A DNA stretch of 64,000 nt from a virus. How positions within the stretch are numbered: the stretch's first letter is position 1; each line of letters opens with the position of its first letter. The stretch is taken from the IMG/VR virus record IMGVR_UViG_3300032282_003280, positions 1-64,000 of that record; one strand, 5' to 3'. Positions 38,801 through 49,900 of this stretch are shown in pieces. Made by a program: the position numbers and the translations under genes. The notes below the pieces were generated by a model that saw only the letters and a program-made list of their open reading frames with translations, was not told the origin of the DNA and searched no databases.

Positions 38801-40950
38801 ATAGATAAAGTATCATAAGACTCTCTTAATTCTTTTGAGAGCTTCTCTGCATCCTCAGAACTTATATCCTTCTTTAATTCAGCTCTTACTTTAGATATTA
38901 CATCTTTATTTATCTTATAAAGAAGTTCAGTCTGCTCAAATAATTTCTCAAATGATTTCTTTGTTTGTATATACCTAATAGCAGAGTAAAGCTGGTTTAG
39001 CTTTATATTGTTTAAATCCTTACGTTTATCAGTAGGATGCTTTATCATAAAGTCATACAACTTATAAAGTTGCTGCACTAACTTATCCACTTGTGGAATA
39101 CCTGTACTTTCTTCTCTTGTAGAAACAGGCAGTAAGTAGTCATTAGTTTCTAAGTCTACATTAGCATTACCTATTTGCAGAGCCTTAAGCATTCCATCAC
39201 TAGGGCCTCCTATATAGTAGTTAGCTATTATAGGAATGGCTCTAGTATACCTAAATTTGTCATATTTATAAATGTCTGATAATATTCTCTTATACTGAGT
39301 TATTTGAGCAGACCATTGATCTCTTTTATACCAAGGAACATCATCTTGTTTTTCAAGATTAAGATTCATTGATTTCCAGTCAAGTATATCTATTCCTCCT
39401 GGAGAGGTTATATCCTCATCTACTTTATCCGGTAAAATAGCTAAGAAGTCTACACTTCCGGCCATACCTTTACCACTTTTATAATTTGGGTCAAACAAAG
39501 ACACCTCAGTAAGAACTCTGGTACCTAATGGGTAAGATTGTAACCTATCTATTATGTTATCCTCAAGTGACTTATAAAATATCCAGTTGCCGGTATTTGG
39601 AGCACCAAGGTCAAAAGGTTTTATATTTATAGAACCATCATCATTTCTAAGAATAAAACCATCCTCATCAGTACACCTACTAATTATATTCTCTATATCA
39701 GAGTGTATAGCAGTACCACCCTTTGCCTCCATACTCTCATCAATATCCTTAGATATATCCTTTTTACCAAATGCTCTCACATTTGATTTTTTGGTTTCTT
39801 CAGTTACCCTATATTGTACTTTTTCACCCTTGTACTCATAATAGTTTAACCTTTCTCCTGTAGGAGATACTGTTATTATGTGTTTTAGGTCTTTTTTAGT
39901 TTGGTTTATTTTATCAACTACCTCAGATTGACGAGGGTTAGATTGTTTCCACTCATCATTACTAAACTGAAAATAAGCACCATCTGTCTTTATATCTTCT
40001 GCAGCCCCTTTAAACCTTCCGGATAATATTTGAGATGCAAACTCTTCAAATGGGTATTGTTCATTTGATATGAATAAAGATTTTATCCAATCAATAACTC
40101 TATCCCACCAATTTTGAGCATATGCTATTTGATCAGAAGTATCTAGTAGATTTTCTACACTGGATTCTCCTTGAATACCTTTCATTATATATTCAGCAAC
40201 TACCTTACCTATAGCTTCATCCTTTAATTTAGCTATATCCAGTTTACCCTCAGCAGTCTGATATGCATCTTGATACCTCTTAGAGTTAAGCACCTCACGA
40301 TAAAGAGCATAATTACCTATCTTATTAAACATTTGTTTATATAAGGTAGGATTAGTTTGTTTAACTATTTCTACAGCAAAGTGAGCAGCCTCCTCAGGGA
40401 GAGCAAATTTTTCTCTTCCTTCAATTAGGTAAACTATCTTTTCTGTAATATCAGCTATGCCGGCCCAATCAGTTCTACCGGCTTGTTGAAGAGCTTCTTT
40501 TTTACTTAGAGTCTCTATATCTACACCAATTCTCTTAAGAAACTCTTTAACTATTTTTATAGTCTCAGGAGAAGCCATAGAAGCAGGTATTTCTTCTGCT
40601 ACATTTAAGAAAACACTAGATGGAACAGATTCTCCAAACACATCTACCTGCTCAGGAGATTGTTTATAGAAGTTGTCAATATAAGAATTATAATATGAGT
40701 CAATCATTTCTTCCGGAGGTGTTATTTTTATAAACATCCCATCAGAATAGCTATTAACTAAAGCTACTTTATAACTATACTTGTTATTTATAGAGTCAGC
40801 TTTGTCATTAGCAACCCTATATGCTTGTTTACTATCCCAAACTTTATAGGACAGAAACAAACCATCATCTTTCGGGGTAATTCTTTTTGTAGAAAATTCA
40901 CCCTGATAGCTTTGTATTAACTCTTTTTTTATATCTAGTTTACACTTCAT
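35878..40950 (-). CDS. Large ejected cargo protein (1690 aa) with a degenerate zincin and a PD-(D/E)XK domain
   Basis: Follows the RNAP gene; LPEEAAHF, GTAIH...GSVDF...ILDWKS...QITQY; C-terminal hydrophobic helix LIGLLVLFGLVG. Confidence 0.7.
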   Translation of the reverse strand: MKCKLDIKKELIQSYQGEFSTKRITPKDDGLFLSYKVWDSKQAYRVANDKADSINNKYSYKVALVNSYSDGMFIKITPPEEMIDSYYNSYIDNFYKQSPEQVDVFGESVPSSVFLNVAEEIPASMASPETIKIVKEFLKRIGVDIETLSKKEALQQAGRTDWAGIADITEKIVYLIEGREKFALPEEAAHFAVEIVKQTNPTLYKQMFNKIGNYALYREVLNSKRYQDAYQTAEGKLDIAKLKDEAIGKVVAEYIMKGIQGESSVENLLDTSDQIAYAQNWWDRVIDWIKSLFISNEQYPFEEFASQILSGRFKGAAEDIKTDGAYFQFSNDEWKQSNPRQSEVVDKINQTKKDLKHIITVSPTGERLNYYEYKGEKVQYRVTEETKKSNVRAFGKKDISKDIDESMEAKGGTAIHSDIENIISRCTDEDGFILRNDDGSINIKPFDLGAPNTGNWIFYKSLEDNIIDRLQSYPLGTRVLTEVSLFDPNYKSGKGMAGSVDFLAILPDKVDEDITSPGGIDILDWKSMNLNLEKQDDVPWYKRDQWSAQITQYKRILSDIYKYDKFRYTRAIPIIANYYIGGPSDGMLKALQIGNANVDLETNDYLLPVSTREESTGIPQVDKLVQQLYKLYDFMIKHPTDKRKDLNNIKLNQLYSAIRYIQTKKSFEKLFEQTELLYKINKDVISKVRAELKKDISSEDAEKLSKELRESYDTLSIYAEMDSSLRGIFSDDMSPDEKELHDKIQSTSSEARYILSNIKELRTELADKEAKKRGILGILIPENVITGLKRGFGQFSTQASAALRLAYKITEETTEDIRFEKRRELDILEKMNETLKKYGKDLLTYIKKKGSYSLIDQYDPEFYKTIKEKIDEKDASWIYDNIDVAAFEKAMDEKRRNKEAEIRATYYPGDEQNQNTLRDRDLKFLYDETTLYNEKGDLIPYAWLQYKNVKNFPKTDWYSKEYKDLLSKPDVLEFYNYIRKWNDIAEETGYLHASLTRNFLPFLNKGLSEDFTFKNMVDSMTSSLFDSLTLDPGSKVDIHNPFTGERVDILPKYFTNPIENEGDISTDIVKNIAMYVAKVVEYKNKQSVQESLRNLQFVEKHKDILQTNQYGEVVRGAVHLSNANNKNLELLNMHIRTSIYNEKNADRTISDAVAKVSKEKYDKFRDKLKRTTGITFPEIDNKGLSLFKFLDSSTQFFRLKQLGLSLGTPVVQLIGGTAQGFINGGKWWTKSDFAKAEWKHATNFIYKNDDLHTALMKEMMPLDADLFEDINSLSQKGKLSKNSISDVLLKLLTKADHMVAYSNWAAFMDNTIIIDGKIQNAREYYRNSAEYRKIYNKSISEAERTAIRKGFDAKVKELIEKHSLISKASIDKNGNLKIDGIELNDPSFLKYKTLIRNVGQTLTGNLSKENSSVSRMNAIYRAGMVFKNWIPRNLEVRFGGLSYNEATESFEQGRIRDFYNILGDGIFDRIGNITKMLVGKGNVYDIIRANDKGLNLLDIQYEMYKERFFTKKGINPENLTPKQLEEAEKLFPSKEEFFDLLRQNIKNEVTELKMLIGLLVLFGLVGSMEPPDKEDRSARAFFNYNLRVMDRMQDELSFYYNPVTFENLFGSSAFPAIGILKDVGKATSQILQEGYGTAIGDDEIKDKAHPLKYVFRALPVFKEANNYIAFFSDDLAKEMDIQINPQSSTR

Positions 40951-40952
40951 TA

Positions 40953-43900
40953 TTAACCGCAGTTATTTTGGTTTGTAATATCAATTGTAGGACCTCCCGA
41001 AACACTTATTATAGTACCAAGATAGTTCTTTTTTAAATCATTTAAGGCAGCTTCGTTTATTCTATCTTCATATTGACCTATTGTTTCTGTACTTTCTTTC
41101 TTTATAGAATCATGATATGATTCATGAAGAAGAGCAAATGTAAACCATTCTTCAAATTTAGAAAATTGATTTTCACTTATTGGAGTAGTTGTACTTCCAT
41201 CTTTTTGAGTAGATGGTCTTGTCCACGCTTTCTCATTAAATTTAGACCTCATAACAGATTCTACTATAACTATTTTACCTTTATCGTTTAACATAGCTAC
41301 AGGTTTATCTTTAGGGCTATTTATACCATCAACAAATAACAAAGGTTTTCCTCTAAATGTACCTTTAGCCTTTGCACTTTCTACAGTTATTAAAGGTCTA
41401 ATATTAGGTTTTACCTCTTCTCCTATAGGTTGAGTAGGGGCTAAGTTCTTAATCTCATCTTCAGACTTTAATGTAAATTCAGGTAAAATTTCCAGAGCTT
41501 CTGCTTCAGTGTAACCAAGTCTAAGAAGATAAGGTAAATTTAAGGTTTGTCTTTGATACTTCTTACCATCTTTGAGAGTTATTATCTCAGGTTTCATAGT
41601 ATATTTATCAGAAGATTTGATCATATTTACTACTTCCTCATCAGATAATTCTACTACTTTCTCTGTATTATTATTAAAACTAGAAGGTTTTATGATATCT
41701 GAGTATTCATTTATACTAGTACCATCTCCTAAAAGGTTTATGGCCTTGTATAGGAATTGTTCTTCTCCTTTATAGTTTATTGTGATTAAAGGGGTACCAT
41801 CAGTGTTGTATACTTTTTTATACCCATAAAAGTATTCTGTAGGAGAAAAACCTTCTTTCCTTGCCTTTTTTATCTCTTCGGTACTTAAAGACCTATTTGT
41901 TAAGATATCCTTTAATTTTCCGGTAAATTTATCTTTAGCCCAAGCTCTTATTTTTATTACAGGCTTTGAGGCAAATTTAGCATCGTATGTTTTATTTAAC
42001 TGAATAATTGATAGATCATTTACTTGCCTTTTATTACCATTTTCATCTGTTATAACCTTGGTAGTAAAGACAGGAATAGAAGCTCCTCTTGTCTCAGTTG
42101 CTGGAAAATAGGGAGGTAAATAATCAGGAATTATGTCATCATCTCTCCATTTTTGCCTTTGGAACATAGCTTGTGAGTTAAACTCCTCAAGATTAGGGAT
42201 ACTGTCTATTTGATTCATTATTTGAGCTAAGTTAGCAGCATAGTCCTCTAATGGTATAAGATTTGCAAAAGATATAGGAGAAGTGTATATACCTTGAATT
42301 ATAGCTGCTTTTACTATATCATTATATAAATCAAAAGTACGAATATCATCTCTTAATTCTCTCAAATATCCGGTAAATAAATCTTGAGAATAACCATCAG
42401 AACCAGCTTTTATAACTATACCTACTGCAGAACCCTCAACACCTGTATCATGTATTTTTATTAAATCCAGAAGATAATTAGCAGGATAAAGTGATTTTGC
42501 TTGAAGAACTTTTTTAGCTACAGATTCCCTTCCAGACATTAAGTTAGAAACTTCGTTAGATAAACCTGCACCTATTTGAGATAAGTAATCTATAAAAGAT
42601 GTTGTTATCTTATCAGCTATATTTTGGAACTTATCAGCCTTTACAAATTTCTCAGAGTAAATCTTCTTAATTGGATCTAGTATAGCAGAAATCCTGTTAC
42701 TATTAAATTTAAAGTATTCAGATAGAGCCAAATCACTTTTTTCTAGATATTCAGCATCTGTTCCTACATAAGAAGAATCCATTAAATTATCTATAGAGGA
42801 GATAATATTACCTTTAGCTACTTCAGTCCTTAGTTGCTTCCTAAGAAGTGCATCAGAGCTTCTGAAATTTGTAGTATCATAAGTATAAGCCTGAGTAAAA
42901 TCAAATAATTGTTCAGCCATAGCAAAGTACTTAAAGAACTCTTTAAGCATTTGTCTCTGTTGATACTTAAAATTATTATCTAATGTAGACTTATATTTAG
43001 GATTATTATATCTTAATATATTTCCCTTAAGGACACCTTCATCAAATTTAGTAGGTTCTTTTACGTCAGGTCCACTAAAGTTATTACCCTCAATAAAATT
43101 CATTACACCTTCTGAAAACTCTTGTTCATCTTTTACAAAATCCAATATTTGTTTTTCATTATTCTCTACCCACTCTACATATTGTTTTATGATAGGTTGG
43201 TTCATAAAGAATGCTACAGTGCTCATAGGAACACCTAATCTCTCTAAGAACATAAAGGTAGATACAACCTTATCAGAGTAAATAACATCAGTAATAAAAG
43301 GATCTTTTGCAACATCCACAAAGGCGTTAATGTACTGAGATAATTTATTTGATATATACTTACCTGCTTTATCCATAACTCCGGATAAAGAAGGATAAAC
43401 TTTACCTCCTATAGTAACTGTATTATGTGGGAGATTTATAATACCATTTCCAATATAGTGGTTTTGTCTACTATCTAAATTTTCAGTCTTAGAAGGGTCT
43501 ATGTAAATAGATGATTTTTGGAACACAGATGTACCGGTAATACCAACAGCACCTATACCAACCCACTTCTTAGCGGTCAAAAAAGCATACCTAAGATTAG
43601 ACATGTATGACCTATCCAGAAGTTTATTCTTTATAGACTCCTCACTCTTCATCTCTAATTTATTAATCTCAGAAGCTAGTTCTTGTAGATCTGTAGAAGT
43701 ATTTGGTTCAATTAACCTATTAAAGTTACCAGGTAATTGAAGTAATTCCTGCATAGCATCTATATACTCATTATCTAAAGATTGATTATATAACTTATCA
43801 ATTAACTTTTCTAGGTCTGCTTCTTCTTTAGAAGCTGGTTTTTCAACACTTAGGATATACCGAATAGCCAAAGCGTCAGTCTCAAACTTACCATCTAAAA

Positions 43901-46900
43901 ACTCACGTAATTTTTCTTTTGCTTCGGTACCTACCCCGTAATAAGGTACAAGTTTTAAATCCTTTGTAAAAGGATCTACATATACATTTTTAAGGTATGT
44001 ATTTAGTTTATCTATATCAAAGTCAGAACCTGCTTTAGTAGTAATTTCAGATGGAACAACTACTGTATTACCCATTTCAGGAGCCAAGAAACCTTTTACT
44101 TTAAATACCTCCATAGAGTTAAGACCCTGTGTAGGAATACGGAAACCTATACCAGTAAGAATGGATCTACCTTCTTCAGTCTTATTAAGATACTCTATTA
44201 TCTCTTCATCTGTATTATCTTGGAATATATCTAATTTCTTTAATTTATCTGCAAACCAGTTAGGGAGATATACTTCACACCAAGGTTCATCCTTAGTATA
44301 AAACTTAAGGTCAGTAGATGTAAGAACTACTGTCTTCTTTTCCTCATCTGTAAGAGCTTCATAATCAGTTACTTTCTCCCATTTATCATCTTTTTTATAC
44401 ATAGCCTGGCGACCATTCTTCTCCCATAGGAGAGATGTTACTTGAACTAGGGCCTTACCACTCATTGATGGAGATGTGATAGATTTATCAACAAATGACC
44501 AAATAATATCTCTTATTTTAATATAAGAAGAGTTTGCCTCAAATGGGATTACAAAATCACCAGTCTCCGGATTTATGTTTATTGATTCTATTATATTATC
44601 AGACAAATCTCTCTTATACATCTCACTCTTGAGAGCATTTGCAAGTTTTTCAGAGTCCACAACCTGATACCTAGTAGTTCCTGGAAAATTACCAGGTACC
44701 TCAATAACACCTATTTTACTAAGTAAAGAGTAGTAACCATTCTTAATTTTCTCTTTCTTAATAGTCTCAAATCTTACTACAGCTTTATAATGAGGGCTCA
44801 TTTTTTTCTTATCATCCTCAGATAAAGAGTCCCACTCAGATTTTGATAATTTTATATCTGTAGGTATACCCTTATCAAATAAATCTATAGTAACAATTTT
44901 ATTAGATTGAGAACCTTCAGTTTGTTTTTTATCTGAGTAAGAGTTTTCTACCTGAATACCCCAATGCTTCCACTGTAACTCTACTTTATTATTAAATGGA
45001 TTAGTGTTAAACGAACCATCTTGGTTGTATAGATTATTTTCTTCTTCTATACCCTCTTTTCTTCCTGAAGGCATTATAACATAATCTATCCCCTCTTTGA
45101 ACATTTTAACAAAGAGTTTCTCAAGATTTGGGTACCCCTCTACTGCAGAGTAGATTAGAGGCATCTGAGACATCTTATCTATTACATTATCTATATAACT
45201 CTTACCAAACTTAGGGCCAGTATAAAGAGATTTCAATACCTCAAGTTTATACTCCGGTTTAGGTTTAGACAATGTTTTTTTATCAGTCTCTTTAAGATTC
45301 TCTGAAGAGTAGTTATACTCACCTTTTTTAGAGAGTTGACTACGAGTATATGCCATCTCCCATTGATACCAACTTTCAGCTTGTTTATTATCCCATTGGC
45401 CATTTTTTATTTTAGCCTGACGAAATGCTGTAAGCATTATAGTAGATGAACCATCAGCCTCTGTTACCTTAGAATAATTCTCATTACCAGATAAAGCTAA
45501 AGAACCAAATATATCCTCACTATTATTTGCTATTGTAGTAACAATAGTAGTTATGTTAGGTTTAAACTGTGTATAACCAGGGTCATTAGAAGAAAGCTCC
45601 ACATTGCCGGCTTTGTTATACATGTTATTTAACATATTATCTACATTTGTAGATTGATGGGTAGTTTGTCTAGGAGATAAATAAGATTTTATCCTTTTTG
45701 TCTCATCTAATTTTCCATCTTTAATTTTGAATTGATAAGGGTCTCCAAAGAGAATCTTATGCATCTCAATATTAGCAATAATGTAATTTACATTAGAGAA
45801 TGTAAGAATATTATCTACTTGTTTAGAACTGAGATTATATTTATCCTTTACTACTAAACCTTTGGAGTCATTAAATATACTATCTAAAAGTAAAGGTATT
45901 GAGTATACATTATCCTCTACAGTCCTAATTTGATTAAGTTTAGTAAGTTCCTCTCTGGATTTTTTAACTTTCTCCTCTATGAAGAATTTTACAGAACTAT
46001 TTATTTCTTCTGTATTTTCAGTTATAAAATCATTTGGGTTTTCTCCCTTAAGGATAATATCAGATAATTTTGTCTGCAGACCCTCTGGGAGAATATCCTT
46101 AAAGAAACGAAGCTCTTTAGCCTTAGATTTAACATTCTTATTATTATCACGAATACTATATTCCTGGGCTAGTGTAATTTCATCCTTTAAATAGTCTTGA
46201 AAGATAGTATATATTTTACTCCATGCTCCTTGAGGATTAGCAAATGAGTTTAGGGATACAAAATCGTATAAATCAATTGACCATTGTGTAGAGCTATCTG
46301 CCGGTATAAGTACATAATATGTACCTTGAGCATTAAGATTTATTTCCTCTAATTTAGCATTTGGTCTAGTTAATCTAGCAGTGCTAGTACCCTTTCCGTT
46401 ATCATCAAATCCTTGAGCATAAGAAACTTTTATATTTACGCCTTTTTTCTTATTTCCATCTTCATCCCAAAAATATCCATCTTTCTTTAGGATTAGAGAG
46501 TTAGTAGCAAAAGAATCATTCAGTTCAGGATATAGTGATTTTAATTCATCTAAGGTTTCTGCACTATTAAAATCAAACTCAAAAGAAGATACCCTATTTC
46601 CACCAGTATAGTTTTGAATTCTTTTATTCTCTACATTTAGAGATGTAACTTCCTGACCCTCAGCACTTGCTTTAAGTAAAAGTTTTGATATCTCAGAAAC
46701 TGGTTCTGATATACCAATAGTTTGCCAAGATCTAATATTCTTAAAACTATCTTTGGTATTAGCATAAGACTTTATCCTATTAGCTAAAGATATTAGATTA
46801 GTTTTTTCTTTATCAGATAAGTTATAAACAACATTAATTGGAAAATCTATTCCTAATTTATTAAGGAATTGAACTGCTCCTGCAGGGTTATTAGGTATGG

Positions 46901-49900
46901 CAGTAGAAGTTATCTTAGGAGAGACTTTATATAAACCATTCTCTTTAAGTACAAAATCAGAAGTTTTGAATGCATATAACCATTCTCTAACCTTTTGTTT
47001 TATAGCACTATTTTGGTCTGACTCATTTATCTTAATATCACCATCCATGTTTAACATAGTCCATGCTATAGGCTTCTGCTTTGAGAAAACATTATAAAAC
47101 TGTAGTAGTAACCTTAAAGAATCAGAATTAAGGGATGATTCATTAATAGCACCTGTATTAAGATCTATCTTAAGACGTGATGCAAGTCTTTCATAATCAG
47201 AATCCTCAGATGCTAATTCCTGAATACGCTTAGACATATCATTAATGTCTCTTATACCATTCAGTTTATCATATAGTACAGCAAATACTTTATTTAGATA
47301 AACTAACTCCATACCAGTATCATTTTTAAATACTTTGGTAAGACCTAAATCATTTTTACCTAGCTTGGAATCAGTTTTAGGTAAAGACGCAAGTATTAAC
47401 TTAACAGCATATGGGGAACTCTTCTTAACGTCTACAGTAAACGCTTCAGGAGAGTAATCATTTCTATTAGAGTTTTCAATATTTATATTAGCAGTAGAAG
47501 CCTCATCAAACTCAATATTAAATCTCTTAAGATATATCTTTACTCTATTCATAATTTCCGACCACTCATCATTATCAAATGAGCTATAGTCATCTCTTAT
47601 AGAGTTTAAAGTATCTTCAGATAATATATCCTCTGTATTAAATATTGATTTATCAGGATTGTCTACAATACCAGTTAATAGTTTTACTATAACATCTTGT
47701 ATAAGATCATGAGTATCTTCTTGACTATACCCAGGTATAGCACTATATTCTAAAGCAGTTAAGTCTAAAGGTAAAACTGCTTCTTTGAAACCACCCTTAC
47801 TTATTTTCTCGAATAAAGAGTTAGTCATACTCTTTTTGGAGAATACACTCTTAAACCAGTTTATTAACTTGTTAAAGAATCTTAAAACTTTTTCGGATAA
47901 AGAAGTTGCCGATAATTGCTTTAATCTATAATCAGCAAAATCATCCGCTAACTTCTCTTTTAGTTGAGCATCTGTAGCTTTTGAGTACTCAATAGTTTTT
48001 CCACGATAGTCCTTAAATAAACCAGATTTAACTCTTTGCTCATTAAGTATTTCTTGTTTTTGAGCTTCTGTTAGAAAGTACTTCCATACAGCTTCAAATG
48101 CTTCGTGATAACCGGTACCGGCTTTAGCATTTTTAAATATGTAAGTAATACCATTAGATAACATACCCCAAGCTTTTCCACCATCAGTAGTATCAATTAA
48201 CTCATTAAGTTCTACCATTGGTATCTGAGGTAACTTCTCCTTCATGAAGTTAGCCAGGTCTGCATATTCTGCAGCACTCATACGAGGTACGTTGGCACTA
48301 CCTACCCTACTATAATCTCTATTATCCTTTACTTTTCCTTTAGTGGTCTTTGTAACCTTATTCTCAGTTTGACCTAAATCATTTTGAGAAGGTTGAAGAC
48401 TTTCAGTAATTGTACTTTCTAAATATATAATAGCAGAATCTACATCAGAAAACCCTCCACCTAATTGATCTTTTATTGCAGCCATTAAGAATCTACCATC
48501 AGGGAGTTTCTTAAGATTCATTGTCTGTATGGTATTCTTCAAATTCTCCTGATAATTAGGATCTTCCATATCTAATATGGCTCTACCCTCATCATCTATA
48601 GTATACTTAAACTCAATACCATCATCAAACTTAAATACACCCTCACCCACCAAAGGTTTTTCCTCTTCTATAGGAGCCTCTTCTACAATAACCTCTTCTT
48701 TTTTAGGAGATACTATCTCAGCATTAGAGAGTATTATATACTTCTGGTCAAAGTTATAGTCATTAGGAACACTATCAGAAATAGCTCTTACTGATGTATA
48801 AAGAGGTATCTCATCTATAGCACGACCTTTATCAGATAATAAGAAATCTTGGTAGTTTTTCCACTCTTTTGTTTGGGGGTTACCCTTTTCATCTATATCC
48901 GTAATCTCATAGAATGAGTCATTAAAGTTATTATCAAGTGTGTATTTGTTTACTTGAAAATAAGCAGCATCTAAGAAAGATTTTATCTTTTCTTCACCCT
49001 CCTTAATACCTTCCTCAGTAAAGAATACTTTTTCTCCTTTATTACCTAATATTAACTCAAAGGTCTCCGGGTTTACGTAAATTTGATTTACAGAAGTTTT
49101 TGGAGTATCATTCCAGAAAAGGATATTACTCAAGTAACTCATTATAGAAGGATCAAAATTATAATCCTTTGAGGTACTATTAGCTAACTTTAAGATAAGT
49201 TTGTATAGAACATCCTTCTCCCTATTTGTTAACTTTCTATTACGGAGAATATAGTTTGTATCTTCCCACTGAAATACTGTTCTTCCTTTAGGTATAGATA
49301 CAGTTCTACCTTGATGAACAATTTGCCCATCAGGTACAAATAATACTTTATTATTATTTATAACTTTCTCAGAAGCAAGAGATTTTGATGCAGGTACTCT
49401 CTCACGAACACCATTTACTTCTGCAGATGGTATCGCAAATCCGGCACTTAGATTGAATTGGAATTTATCAACTCCTTTAGCGTTGAATATATCCTCTCTT
49501 GTTTTCTTAAAGGATTCTTGAAGTTCAGGATTATTCTTTATTGCAAAAGTAGAAGACATGGTTCCATAAACCAATAAAGTAGGGTCAGTCTTTTCTCCAA
49601 CTTTTCCCACTCTTTTACCTTCTTGGTCAATAAAATAAGCACCATCTTTAGTATCCTCAACTGTAACTAAAGCTATTATACCATCTTCAGGAGAAACCCA
49701 TTTCTCTCTTGGGAAAGTTCCTGCAATATGTTCTATTGCACCATCAATTCCTATAAGACCTTCTTGGTTTAAGGTAAACCTTATTTGACGTAGGTTTTCT
49801 CTATTAGGTAGATTTTTTGCTATACTAGCAAAGTGGAGATACCTTCTTATATGAGAAGGTACATTAGTTAATACTTTTTTAGAATCTGTTGCTGCAGATG

